Numbered from the whole stretch's first letter, positions 50,267 through 62,671 are shown. The stretch is 62,671 nt of DNA, filler included, from Choristocarpus tenellus KU-1152 (GCA_964200185.2; 14 parts of 14 records of this genome joined end to end with filler, not necessarily neighbours in it); one strand, 5' to 3'. Numbers and translations: made by a program. Notes: generated from the letters alone by a model not told the origin.

Positions 50267-52892
50267 GTCATTCTCAACCCTGCTGTTTCCAGCTCTTCGG
50301 GGTATGCTATTCCTTGTCCTTCGGTAGGTGCCCCCCCCCCCCCCTCCTGCCATCCCCCACCACTCCCAGTCTTGTCCTTGGATACCTTTGATTAGTAGTT
50401 CAATTTTACTGCTGTGGCTTGAGTCCTTGGCGCTACTGGGTAATTGTGCTCTACCGGTAGTGTACTTATTTTTGTGGTACAAGTGGTTAAGGGGTTAACC
50501 ATCGGACCTTAGGTACTTCATTGGACTTCTCTCTCCAACCCTCAACTCTGTAGGTTGGTTGGAAGTGATGTCACCGATTTGTATTCGAGGTACACCCCTT
50601 TTGTCCACTTACACGAGACAAATCGACAGACTTTTTGTTGTTGTATGATTCTACTTCTCTCTGTATGCCTTCCATGTCTGGTATCTCTAGTGCTTGGACT
50701 GCTCATTGGGTATGGGATTGTTCTAATTGCTTGTGCCTGCCTACTTGTGCATGCCTTCTTTTGGACTGTGTGTGTGTGTGTGTGTGTGCTGCCTTGGCAG
50801 GGGGACAAGGAACCTCTCAAGGAGATCAAGGTTGGGCGGGGGAAGTGCAAGAGTGATTCTGACTGCAATTTGGTGAGTGTGTCTGTGAGTGATGTTGGTG
50901 TACTCTCCCCAGGGATATTTATGAATTTAATAAACCCTGACACTGAGCACTTTTGTATATATGCTATGATTATTGCAGTAAGTGTGGACAGTTTAAAGGG
51001 TTAGGGAATCACACAAATGTATGTATTTTTTATTGTAAGGGTACACTGCAGCATTAACAGTAATGCTAATAGTACTATGGCACGATCTTGTGTGAATTGT
51101 GTGTACTCTACCAATAGCAGGCTACTGATTATTATAAGCTGTATTTGAGGAGTGTTGTGAGGATGTTTGAAGTGAAGGGTTAGGATTTTAAGAAATGGCA
51201 CTATCAATATTTATAGTAATATAACGCTTCTACTTGTGAGGGATAGGTCATTTTCTTAATGAGCTTTATGTGGTGTATGGTGTAGGCAGCAGGAATGAGA
51301 AGATGGTCAGGAGAAAGGGGAGGACTAGTTTAAGGTGACTGTATTTGCGTTTGCCTAAATTGGTGAATGTTGCTAAGTTGCAGTCTTGATTTGTCTTCTT
51401 TTTTGGTACAGTTTGTTTTTGAGGGGGGGGGGGGGGGGGGTTAGGGATAGGGTGAGGAGTTGATAGAAACTCGAAAGCGATCCCTGTGATTCATCCAACG
51501 CCTCGATCAGGACGGTAGAAAAGGGGTTACCGATTGGATGCTCTTTTTTTGTTTGATAATCTTGGGGAAGGAAACTGTTGTTTCTGTTGAGGTGAAAGGT
51601 GGTTAATGTGTAGTTGAGGTGAAGGGGAGGATGGATGCTCAAGTCATTCATACCTCCGAGTGCATGCATGGATGTGTGTATCCATACACATTTTCCAAGG
51701 ATCACAACCGTCTCGCTAAGATGTGTTCTGTTAACAGCGCCAAGGGTTAGGGTTGTGTTCACGTGTGATTGGCTCAATCCGTCCACCTATGAGGTTTTTA
51801 TTTCACTCTCTTTTTATTTTGTGGAATCGGTCAGTCCATTTCTTAACCCTTTTTTTTTGGGGGGGGGGGAGTGATGTCGGCGTTGAAGAAATACTTTTTT
51901 TTGTACTCTAGTGCTGTTTTTAAACAAGGTGGGAGATGTGATTGTGAATGGAGTCTGAATTTATGGGGTTCCAGCGACAAACACCATGGTAGCTACCAAC
52001 CATGCAGGTTTATGTTGTTGAGTTGAGCACAATACATATGTGTGTTTGTGTTTGTTGGTGTATGTCCATTTTTGTGGCATTGAGGGGTGCTGGGGATACC
52101 AATTGTAGATTGAATGGAATACACACGTCCTATTGGCTTAATGCACCACTGATGGCATTCTATTGGTCTGTTGTGTATAGGAGATGCCTCTTTTTTCTGT
52201 ACCGTATATATTTTTTGTGTTCCTTGCACGCCCCAAAAAGACTTGGAAACCTACATCTGCTATGAAGTGATACTCATTTCTTGTGTTTGAACTGTTTGGC
52301 CCTGTGGGCTACCCACAATATGTGTCCTATGTACCTCACCTCCCTGTATTTGTTGTGGTATGGTATGTGCTATGATTTTGTGTTGTGCCTCAGGGGACAT
52401 GCGGGTGGACCAGGAGGTGTAACACCTGCCCAGAGGGATGGGTTGGGTCAAACTGTATGGCCCAACACAAGTTTGATGATTTCACCTATGAGAAGCATGT
52501 GAGGAAATGTTTGCTTTGCGAGAGAGAGGCTGGGGGTGGGGTCGGCGGGAGGGGGGGGGAGGGGGGGGGCAGGGTTGGGAAGTTTTTTTTTAAGGGAGTG
52601 GCAAATGATGACAGTAGCTTAGTGTGTTTTGTTTTTAAGACTAAATGTCTCCTTCCTTTCTGTGCGTGGGTGCTCTGACGAATACACATTATTTTTATAT
52701 TATTTTGTCTGTGACTGTGGTTGGGGGGGGGTTGAATTTGCAGGCTGATATATATCACTGCATCCGTTTAAGGAGCCGTTGGCCTTGCAGATCATGGGTG
52801 GTGGGCTTGTGCTAGTGGTGATAGTGGCATCGTTTGTTCTTGGGTGACAGATGAGCAGGAAAAAGACTCAGTACTATGTGGAGGTGAGGTAG
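50267..52892 (+). pseudogene. KRE6/SKN1-like GH16 beta-glucan synthesis-associated gene, 3' part, apparently decayed (exons 50267-50323, 50801-50872, 52394-52498, 52744-52892)
   Basis: VILNPAVSSSSGYAIPCP, GDKEPLKEIKVGRGKCKSDSDC, GTC..C.TCPEGWVGSNC (EGF-like) and a TM helix + RKK match the stramenopile KRE6-like C-terminus; last exon needs a frameshift and has TGA at 52845. Confidence 0.65.
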
Positions 52893-53632
52893 AACAAGGG
52901 AGAGACTTGTTCCATACAAGCACAAGTTGCGTTGTTGCTGTAGGAATGATGACATTTGTTTTTTTAGGCAAACCCTTTTTTTTTCTTCATTAGTTCAAAC
53001 GGTTCCCAGGTGTTCAAAATTTGTATGTTCTGGAGCAGTAAGGTTTGAAGATATATATATATATATATATATGTATTTTAAGTGCGTTAGAAAAGGTTGA
53101 TGTCGATGTATTTTGATTGTTAGGAATGGGGGTATTGAGATAAGGTGGATGATACAGAGAGAGGCAAAGGCAAAGACAAGAAAAAAATGTAGGGGGCAGT
53201 GTCTGATGTCTGCTTCCCCTGTCCCTATCCCCAGCCCCCGACTCACGGGTGCCTTTCCTGTGGCTTTTGTTTTGTGAGGGTGCAGTAGAACTAGCTCTGT
53301 AGCTTGTGTTAAGTTCAATAGTATTTAGAGTGAGTGTGCCGTGAGACTAGGTGTATTGTAGTGATAAACAAGAGAGGCGTTGTGGTAAACCTCGATCAAG
53401 TCCAAAGTTTGTGTCCTAGACAAATGATGTCTATATTTTGTGTTGTTGTGATGGTGTTAGGGGAGAGCTTCTCTTTGTTCTTTTTTGATGCATAGGGGGG
53501 GGGGGGGGGGGGGGGGGGGGGTGATTGTGTGGNNNNNNNNNNNNNNNNNNNNNNNNNNNNNNNNNNNNNNNNNNNNTTAATTAATTAANNNNNNNNNNNN
53601 NNNNNNNNNNNNNNNNNNNNNNNNNNNNNNNN

Positions 53633-53824
53633 ATGTAATTTTGGCTCTTGTGTGTGTTAGGAAGTGTCAATGTCGATGTTCTGGACACACCTTCTAATAA
53701 CATACACATTTTACACACTCCGAAACATTTTGGAGTAGGAAAATGTCATTAAAAAACCCATGGGAAGCCAAGATTCAAATGGACAAAGAGGGCAAAAATC
53801 GTACCCTCTAAGATACTTTCACTC
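53633..53824 (-). mobile_element. MITE family A, truncated at contig start
   Basis: Ends taccctctaagatactttcactc. Confidence 0.9.
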
Positions 53825-54479
53825 ATCACTACAAATAATGGCTTTGAAGGCGTACCAGGTGTTTCCCCCAACCTTTGGAAAGTGATGTGTGCACAAAATA
53901 GGACAGTCGTAAGGTGTACCCTATTTTGTGTACGTGAGATTGTGGCATTGGATTGAGTCCATGTGATGTAACTAATGGGATAGTACATCTGGATTATGTA
54001 TGGGGTTTAGCATTGCAATTAAAATCTCTGACATAACCGTTGACTTACATCTGAGGCACAAATGATAATATAACAGCAATAAGAAGACACCCAACAAGGT
54101 CACTCTTCTTTTCAACCATGTAATCACGTTCAGCAATGGGGAATCGTGTGAGGCTCCACACCTTCTTGTCTTCACTACTACTCAAATAGCAATACCTTCC
54201 AAGGTTAATTGCACAATGTGCACATACCCATACTCCCTCCCTCACGGATTTTGGAGGTTCCATATAACCTCTCGTCGCCGACCAGTCACTTGTGACTCTT
54301 TTTTGAGAGTGGCATTGACTTCCACTTCTATGCTGGCTGACGAATACACCTAAAGATACCATTTTGGGGTATTGGGCAGTGGGGAGTAAGGGTTCCAAAT
54401 GAGGTTGAGCTGAGAACTATCTACTAGACATCCTTCCAGATGGAAAAAATGTCTTCAGTAGTGCATACCCCGCTCGCTC

Positions 54480-54720
54480 TCATCAAGGCCCTTCCTCCAG
54501 GTGGCTCGGGTACATGGTGGTACATGGGATCTCCTTCTCTCGGTAGACAAGGGGGAGTGAAAGCTACGCCATCAAGGATGGAGCATAAGAAGGAGACCCT
54601 CTTGGCCCCTTACTCTACTGCCTTGCCGCCGTCAAATCCCCTTAAAAAGGTATAGACCACATTTGGACCGCAGACGATTTCCTCCACTATTTATCAATAT
54701 AGACCGAACATACGCAGCAC
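54480..54720 (+). mobile_element. CRE-clade LINE reverse-transcriptase relic
   Basis: DGA*EGDPLGPLLYCLA corresponds to the GVQQGDPLGPLLF.LA RT motif. Confidence 0.65.
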
Positions 54721-54812
54721 CACACTGGGGCCGCCACCCCCCCGTCATAACTGAGACTTCTATCTGTTGAGAAGCTTCAATGCAACGCCTAGGAAACTGT
54801 GGCTGAATAAAC

Positions 54813-56809
54813 TCAAAAACACTTCTTCAAGAAAAGCAATTCCTGCTCCACACTACTAAGGGCTATATACTCACTCTCCGTGGAAGACAGAGCTACAACT
54901 CTTTGTACCTTTGACATCCAAGATATTGCTCCTCCTACAAACATTATGTCTCCTCCAGTCACTGATCTACGATCATTCCAGTCTCCAGCATAACTAGCAT
55001 CAGCATATGCGCTCAACTGACACTCAGCATCAAAACCACCAAAACTCAATCCAACACTGGGACACGTATTCAAATATGCTAAAATACACTTACCTGCACG
55101 CCAATGTGCGACTTTGGGGTTACTACTGTACTTGACAACCTCACGAACTGCATTAGCAATGTCAAGCCTAGTCATAACAGATGCCCACATCAGACTACCA
55201 ACTGCCTCTCTGTACGGTGCGTTTTCAGCAATACTTGGAAGATCCTCACTCTTGTCCAAAGTCCTCGAGAGATCATGAGGTACCGTCCTCTTCTTTGCCC
55301 CATCCATACCAAACTTTTGACAAATACTCTTAATATGCCTATTCTGACTGATGGTGACAGTCTGTGCGATTCCGTCACGCGATATCTCACAACCCATATA
55401 ATAGTCAAGATCACCAAAATCTTCTATAAAAAACTGCTCTTTAATATTGGAGCGAACCCAAATCAAAACATCCTTTATGCCAACCTCGAAAAGATCGTCG
55501 ACGTGGGGGCCTATCACAGCACAAACAACGCCGTTTCTTACATAGCGTAACGCAAAGGGATCTGCTCTGCATTGCTCAAAACCACACTGGTCCAAAACGT
55601 GCACCAACAGATTGTTAAACTCCCTGCTAGCCTGTTTTGTGCCATAAGGGCTTTCATTAAACGTAAATCTTTCCTGACCATACACCACATCCATCACATA
55701 AACGTACAGAAATCTCTTCACTAATGTCTGCCTGGATAAAAGTTTGCTTTACATCCCAATGCTTCAGTTCCCAGTCCTTGTCTGCAGCTAATGCTTAAAC
55801 CATTTTCAAAGACTCAGGCGACGGTGTTGGAGCAAAGGTATCTTGGTAATCTAAACCCTGAATCTTTCGAAAACCTTTTGCTACCAAACGTGCCTTGTAT
55901 ATCTAACCACAAACCCAAATTTGTTAGTCTTACGCTTGTGAAACCATTTAGCGTCTATTGCCCTGCGTCCAGGGGCTAATACGGCCTCCACCCAAACATT
56001 ATTGAACAACAAACCAGACATCTCTTCTGCTCTAGCTCGATCCCATAAAATCATATTCGGGAGAGCTACGTGCTCTGCTCTTACAGTCTTGAGTTCTGGA
56101 GGAAGCTAGTTTGCTAACACTCTAATAGAATCATCACTCGCACATATCACAAGGGTAGTCTCTGTGGAAACAGACAAACAAGTCATAAAAAATTGGGCAT
56201 GTCAAAAACAGCAGCTTTTGTAGAAGTATTGTTACGGTTACCAGATCTGGTGTGGTGGGAAAGGGTGTTGTTGTTGTGACCATTTCCAATGCTGAGCCAT
56301 CGAAGTTCCCTGTCACATTGACTGCCCTTGGTCTCATCCACCCCGTCGTCATCTCCGTTATTGGTGTCATCATCCACGGGTTCACCACCATCAGTCCATG
56401 CAGCTTCAGATTCATCACCATCACTTAATCCTCCTTCAATCCAGGAGCTGCCATCGTTACCATCATCATCGGCACATTCACCCCCCATCTCTTGGATTTC
56501 ATCAGGCCTTCTGCGCGTATGAGGAGGAAGGATGTACCCTGGGGTGTCATCCAAATCTTCATCATCCCGTTCGAAATCAGAAATTGGAAATCGTACCCTG
56601 CCATCCTTGATTGCATCTTCTGGGGGTGGTAACCTTTCGGCGTCACCTGAATGCATGAATCCATCCCACTTAAAAACAAGTGAGAGACCCTCCCCATCAG
56701 ATATGAAGTACGTCACACCAGTTCCCTTGATAGTAACATCTTTTGCCATACCAGCCGAGTGTGAAGAGAGCAAATTAAATGCAAGATCTGGGACTAATGC
56801 AACATACAC
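54813..56809 (-). mobile_element. Ty1/copia pol remnant: protease-adjacent segment, RT and truncated RNase H; frameshifted
   Basis: YVALVPDLAFNLLS; WDRARAEEMSGLLFNNVW; WDVKQTFIQAD; YGTKQASREF; HVDDL; YREAVGSLMW; AYADASYAGD..DRRSVTG; VALSSTESEYIAL. Confidence 0.93.
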
Positions 56810-56815
56810 CCCAAA

Positions 56816-56836
56816 GACCCAAAGTATCTGAGGGGG
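56816..56836 (-). mobile_element. MITE family B terminus at contig end, abutting the copia remnant
   Basis: gacccaaagtatctgaggggg. Confidence 0.7.
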
Positions 56837-57036
56837 NNNNNNNNNNNNNNNNNNNNNNNNNNNNNNNNNNNNNNNNNNNNTTAATTAATTAANNNNNNNN
56901 NNNNNNNNNNNNNNNNNNNNNNNNNNNNNNNNNNNNGGGGGAAGGCAGGGGGGGATTATGGTTATGGTTATGGTTAGGATAAGGTCAATAGGGTTGACTG
57001 TTGATTCTCATCTCTTGTTTTTTGTTTTGTTTTTAG

Positions 57037-59344
57037 GTTTGTGCTGTGGCCTTCTGTTGTGGTGGTCAACGACTTGTCACTGGGAGTCAGGATTGCTCCA
57101 TCAAGGTGATTTGAGAGACTTGGACATTTCTTGTGATTATTTTGGACAGAATTGCACAAGGGATTTTTTTTTATTTCGAGGACGAATAACCGTCTTTTAA
57201 AATATTGTATATATATATATATGTATATAGCATATTGTATTATATTTATTAGATTGTAACACTGACGGGAGTGTGCTCTGATGTTGTCGTGGTGTATACT
57301 GAGTAGTATGATAAAATAGGACTTTGAAGTATCTGCAACGACTATCTGCTTCATAGGAGTGTGTTGATATCAGTAGCACTTATTAGAAACACTTCTGGCG
57401 GGTGTGATGGTGTGTTCTTTGAATGGCGCTATTGGCCAGGCTCTCTGCTAGGAACCCTTTTTCAGGTGGGTTGCTGACTGTTGAGTGGTTGGGAGCTTTG
57501 TCACTTTTTTTTTTGGTATTGAGGCAACAGGGTGCATTTGGATTTATTTCTGTTCATTTTTTTTGTAATTTAGATTTTTAATTATTTTTTTTAACATTTT
57601 TTTCTGCTGATTGGTGCAAATATCGATCCTGTCCTTTCTGTCTCCCTACCCTATCAATATCACCATGGCTACAATTGATAGGTTTAGGGTTGGGGCTACT
57701 AGATGGACTGCAAACGCGAAAATCTTGGAGGGGGATAGTTGCTCCACTTATTTGACTATTGGCTCTCAGTCTCATTCATCCCCAGATTAACCACATCAAC
57801 GAACTGCTGAGTATTGATGAAGAATATCTACTCAAATTGAACTAACAGGTCGATGACAGTACTTGACAGTATTGGGTACGGCAGTATGCTGCTGTAGAGC
57901 TAAAGCGTAGTATTGGATGCATTGTTAGACTTTGGTGAGAGTCCAGAATGAGCTAAACACCTCTGCCCACCTTGAACCATCCTAAATTGGAGGGAAGTGG
58001 AGTTGAGTATTTGGGGCCCTCGTGAGCGCTTTCTGCTACATGTGTTCTTGGACCAGTCCTGGTGCTGATTTGGTAGTTGTGTGAAGCAATGTGCGTTTCC
58101 TGTTCGATGGTAGTTATAGTCTCCTAAGGAGGATTTAGGTGCATTTTCAGGCATAGGAGATGGGGTGTCGTACAGATGACTATCAAGTTTCAAGATACTT
58201 CAAACTTTGCCATTAGAACCACCTCTGAAATAGGATGACTCCTCACTATCGCAAATTCCTTTGATCTCTTTCATTTTAAATTATTTTGGTCTCTGTAGCC
58301 TCCCCACCCCCCCCACCCCCACAACTCCCACTCTTTATCCAAGAACTTCTTGGTCCTGACCCCAAAGCACAAACACCAACGCCATCCTAAGCGCTCGGCG
58401 CTATATGCTCGATCCACTTTTTTCACCCAACGTAAGAGGCACGGTGACTTCCTGCTCTTTATACCTTGAACTTCACGTTGACTTCAAGTTGAAGTTGAAG
58501 TTACGCTTGGCCCCAACCTTCCACCCATATCCTCAAGCCTTAATTCGTCCAGAGTGTATCCCTAGCTCCTACCGATTCACCCTCACTTAACTTTTTTAAT
58601 TCTCTTAGTTCAACCTGAGTCTAAGTCCTAACCCTAGTTCTTTCTGTTCCCACTGTTTCCTCTTTTTTTTTTAAGGTTTGGGATTTTGAGCGGCAGTGGA
58701 ATGCTGCCCTAACTCCAATGCGAGCCAATTCAAAGTGCAACGCCATCGATGTGAGCGATTCCTTCACGGATGCTTCTGGGGTGAATGCCGCGATAGTCTC
58801 GGGGCACAAGGATGGGACGCTGAGGGTGAGAAGGGGAGGAGAGGGGAACACCAATAGCTGCCTGTGCCTGTCGGTGATGTGCTGTACTTGACCTTCCAGG
58901 GTATTCAACCCTTTTCAGGGCTTTCTGTTTCGGATGGTAGGTAGGCATGTATGCTGTTTTGAAGTGTACTATGAAATAGTGAGGTGGTGGTGGGAATGGA
59001 AGGGTGAGGATGCTTTCTGGCAGTTGCTGTTGTAAGAGTTGTGTGGTACTGGGTTGGTAGGAGATGTCGAGGAGCAGTGGTTTAGGGTTAGGGTTAGGGT
59101 TAGTGCCAATATCTTTGGGGAGTTTAAGACCTCGGTTGATGAATCTATGGGTAGAGAACAAGTTGTTTGGTTGGTGCCCCAGGGTCTATGGGTTGAATTG
59201 CCCTGCTCCATTGTAGTGTGCCACTAGTTTTGTTGTGATCACCCTCCTCTTTTCCTTGTTGTGTGATTGATGTCATTGGACCAGTTCTGGGACATGAGGT
59301 CTGGAACAAGGGCGCATTGCATCAGTGGCCTTCATGATGATCAG
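57037..59344 (+). CDS. ATG16: ATG16-like WD40 protein, three internal exons (57037-57105, 58676-58825, 59285-59344)
   Basis: VCAVAFCCGGQRLVTGSQDCSIK|VWDFE..NSKCNAIDV..IVSGHKDGTLR|FWDMRSG..GLHDDQ matches the ATG16L SGSHDRTLK.WD..S.CN.I..SGH.D..RFWD.RS pattern; all phase 0. Confidence 0.8.
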
Positions 59345-59898
59345 GTGAGTTTAGGCAGACCATCCTATAGTTAGTACTTAAAAGGTTCTCCAGTACCTGT
59401 ACCTGTATCAGTTTTGGAGGGACCGAGGTGTAATTGGTACCCTGGTTCGAATCTATGTGTGTTAGGCAAATGTTTATTGAGATCCTGCAAGTTGTAATAT
59501 GTACTCACATCGTATTGAATACTCTCATAGTCTTGTGGACATGATTCAACACTCATCTCTGTATTTTAGAAAGATGTGATGATGCCATGAATAGTTGTGT
59601 GGGTGGTCCCAACCTGTGATCTCTCTCGAGTGCAGGTACTGATTATTAGCATTTGAGTGCAAGCACTCTGAACATGCCACTTATGTACCTGCTCAGGGAG
59701 TTCGTAATAGACTGGTTGGCCCCTGTGACATACACACCTCAAAGGGAAGAAAGTGCTCAAGTGTCTATGATGTAGTAAATACCGTGCTTGTTGTCCTCTC
59801 CATGAGTATTTCGAGTTTTGGGGCATGGTGGAGACTACAGAGCTCAGGCGAGGTTGAATGAGGTGGTGATGTGGAGGGTTCAAGTGGAGGAAGTCTTT

Positions 59899-59916
59899 GG
59901 GTCAAAGTATCTGGGG
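59899..59916 (+). mobile_element. MITE (C-type) terminus at contig end
   Basis: gggtcaaagtatctgggg. Confidence 0.7.
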
Positions 59917-60239
59917 NNNNNNNNNNNNNNNNNNNNNNNNNNNNNNNNNNNNNNNNNNNNTTAATTAATTAANNNNNNNNNNNNNNNNNNNNNNNNNNNN
60001 NNNNNNNNNNNNNNNNCTCTTCTGGGGAAGGTGTAGGGGATGTGTTACAGGTGCCCTTCAGATCTCACCTCCACAGGATGTACAACTCAAATCCAATTCA
60101 CAGATTAACGCACGTCAGCTCAGCAGAACAGGAGTACCCTCAGGTGAGTCAAGTACTACAAGGAAGTGTGTGTATCAGTATCTGCCAAGAAGAGAGAACA
60201 AAGAACTGAATAGGTTCGTCGTCTAGGTCAGAAGAACTG

Positions 60240-61089
60240 AGTCGTTTGGAGTCGTTTTTAGGATCTCTTATCATCATTTACCGTTTGGGCTTCTTCTGGG
60301 TTACAGACATTGGAATATATCTGAGAATCTTCGCGACCTTTCCTTCTGGGACCCTTTGCGACTTTCCCGAGTTACAGATTTTATTCTGCAACGTTTTGGA
60401 AAATCGGAGTTCCCCCTTTTGGGGTTCCCCACGCGCGTACACTGCTCGCGCCGGTTGAAGTGCGGGAAGAAATACTCGCGCTATTCGCCTGTAACAGATG
60501 TTGTTGTCTCCCAGGTTACCCAATTTTGGTCAATGATTTCTGCAAGGTCTTCTGAGGGGATACCTGTGGAAAGGAGGGAATGAATGGAAAATCCTAAACT
60601 CTGTACTATGGGGCTCGTGCAGACAGCTTGTGAGAAGGACTCGTCATGAGGCCCTTGCTGCCTTGCTAGGAGGGTAGGGAGAGTAGCCATCAGTGATCCT
60701 ACAAAAGCCGCATGTTGGCGATATTTCATAGAGGAGAGGCCCAGACCCCCTGTACTTGTGGGCATCTGTGCCTGTACTTGTTGGTGGGTCTCTAGGTGGA
60801 GAGACCCATTGTTGCACCCTCCCTCAAAGAAATATGTCGACTCTGTTGGGTCTTCCACCTCCATTATCCCCTCTAGTGTCCATAGTGAGGTGTTGTCTGC
60901 TTGCTCATGGTGGAGCATGCCAGGAGGGGGAGAGTGACCCCCGCAAGATAGCCTAGGCGAGAGGAGAGGGAACAGGAGGAGTTGAGAAGCCAGGCCACCT
61001 GTTTGTCCTCCATCTCGCTGAGGTGTATGGCCAAAGTCGTGTCCCAGAGCTCTTGATTACCTCAGCCATATGGCCTTGGATGAAGCCAT
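60240..61089 (-). mobile_element. CRE-clade LINE fragment (RT thumb region), decayed
   Basis: QAQMPTSTGGLGLSSMKYRQHAAFVGSL corresponds to the LP...GGLG..S.....AAF.GS motif of CRE-type RTs. Confidence 0.75.
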
Positions 61090-61343
61090 GAGTGTATCTT
61101 AGAGGGTACGAGTTTTGCCCTGTTTGTCCATTTGGGGCTTGGCTTCCCATGTTTTTTTTATGACGTATTCCTACTCCAAAATGTTTAGGAGCAGGTAAAA
61201 TATATATGTTATGGAAACGTATGTCCGGAACAAGGATATTGACACTTCCTAACAAACACGATAGCCAAAATTTCATCAAAATCGCAACATTGGATTTTGG
61301 TCCCCAAATGGACGCGGCCCTACCCTCTAAGATACTTTGGCTC
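61090..61343 (+). mobile_element. MITE family A (left TIR with small deletion, no TSD)
   Basis: gagtgtatcttagagggta / taccctctaagatactttggctc. Confidence 0.92.
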
Positions 61344-62164
61344 ACTTTAGTGATAAAATATATTATTGTTCACAAGTTATGGTACCATAGCTATAATATG
61401 TGAAGTGACTACAACAATAGAAGTAGTACAATTCTACAGGTAGACAGTGGACATTATGGAGCTGACGGTGGGTAGGTGTATAATCCCTTCTGTTGGTCGT
61501 TAAGACTTCGAAACAATCGTGCAGGATCTGATGGGGTTTTTTTAACTCCTGAAAGAAGCATCGGATCACCATTGTGTTGGTGTGGTCCGAGCGAACTCTA
61601 AAAAAGGAAATCAACATGTTGGGTGCGTTTGGGCGATATTTGAGGGCGGTGAAATTGACGATTGATCATACAGAATATTGCATATCCCTCTTTCTATATG
61701 CGGAGAGTGGAGTGTTCCATTTGAACTCTACGCCAGGTTTTCAAAATGGCTAATTCCATTTGCAATCGAACATTTGTTATTAGTGGATGGTTTCTACGTC
61801 TGTTTCCACCTATTTCACACTAAGAATATATACTTCGAAGTACAATTTAAGTTTTAGTACAAGATTGTGAAGCAAATCTTTATCATGGAAAAATTATGTT
61901 GGAGCACAACAAAAACAAAACAACGGAGAACGGAGTGTGTATTGCTTACAGAGTGAGCAAAGTCATTCTGAACCATTACTTCATTATTATTTATTATTAA
62001 TTACTTGCTGCCTCGCTTTTTTAGTTTGGGGACTGTCCCACAACCTGTACCCAAAGGTGCTACACACTCCACTACTTCTCATACTTTCTGCCTATGCCGT
62101 AACTAACTGTACCATGACTGTATATTTACTTGTACTACGCCTGTGTTACTTGTGCCTCGCTTTT

Positions 62165-62570
62165 CTCATTTGACGTCAGTCATCCCAACACTCATCGCTC
62201 TACCTTCTCCCTCAAATCTTGTCCAGGGCCCACCTCTGGACGGTCCGTAAATGAATACAAACTTCGTCACCTTGTTCTTGGTCTAACTTCTTCTTTAATG
62301 GCATATCGGCAGATAGGATAGTGGCTTTCTCAAGACCCACCATTCGTTTCAAGCTAGAGAACCGCAGGTGGGCAAGAAGGGGCCTAGGCAGATTCTTGGG
62401 ATATGCTTATTCCCTAGTTCCTCGCCTATCTTCGTGGAGCTAAGCTAGGCTAGAAGGGTAACACTGCGCACAATATTTTGTAGTAGTGAACAACATATTA
62501 AGGGTCATTGTTGTATGTTATTATATATTATCATGCCCTTTGCATTTTGGAGATGTGTCAGGCAAAAAAT
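62165..62570. mobile_element. CRE-type 3' fragment (+, ~62165-62460) facing a second 3' tail (-, ~62525-62570)
   Basis: ALSRPTIRFKLENRRWARRG plus 3'UTR matching the 16.4/17.2 kb copies; atcatgccctttgcattttggagatgtgtcagg is the rc of the tail motif. Confidence 0.7.
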
Positions 62571-62628
62571 CAATGAACGGCCAGTTCAATAGCATAAGAA
62601 CCCCTATATCTGTTAGTTTTAAAGTAGT

Positions 62629-62671
62629 GGCTAAAAGTATCTGGGGGGGGGGGGTGGCGGCTGTCCACTTG
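62629..62671 (+). mobile_element. MITE family B 5' end (window end)
   Basis: ggctaaaagtatctg(G)n tggcggctgtccactt. Confidence 0.8.

Noticed and set aside
18378-59344. Apparent cluster of endolysosomal/autophagy genes (RMC1, VPS13, ATG16)
   Set aside because: They sit on different contigs joined by artificial linkers, so co-location is not real

Overview
Eukaryotic nuclear DNA, most likely from a brown alga or close stramenopile relative. This is inferred from GT-AG multi-exon genes, interstitial TTAGGG repeats and stramenopile-type VPS13, KRE6 and LRR proteins. The window is not contiguous. It is 14 unrelated 2.6-6.7 kb contigs joined by 13 artificial 100-bp linkers (44N-TTAATTAATTAA-44N), so adjacency across linkers has no meaning. 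Recognisable partial genes are RMC1/Mic1 head-to-head with an RNI-like LRR gene, a VPS13 with an embedded PDZ domain, ATG16-like WD40 exons, a nucleotide-sugar transporter, an ADD/PHD-finger protein, a decayed KRE6/SKN1 (GH16) gene, and an unannotated gene with one ankyrin-like repeat per phase-0 exon. Mobile DNA includes a mariner transposase pseudogene, an internally deleted Ty1/copia element and scattered fragments of a CRE-clade LINE with a conserved 3' hairpin tail. It also includes more than 20 copies or fragments of at least six MITE families that share one terminal motif (approx. GRSYCAWAGTATC, most with a subterminal GTCCRTTT) and make both 3-bp and 4-bp TSDs. The best candidates for an undescribed system are this MITE family set and the exon-per-repeat gene. 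No rRNA, tRNA or CRISPR array was seen.
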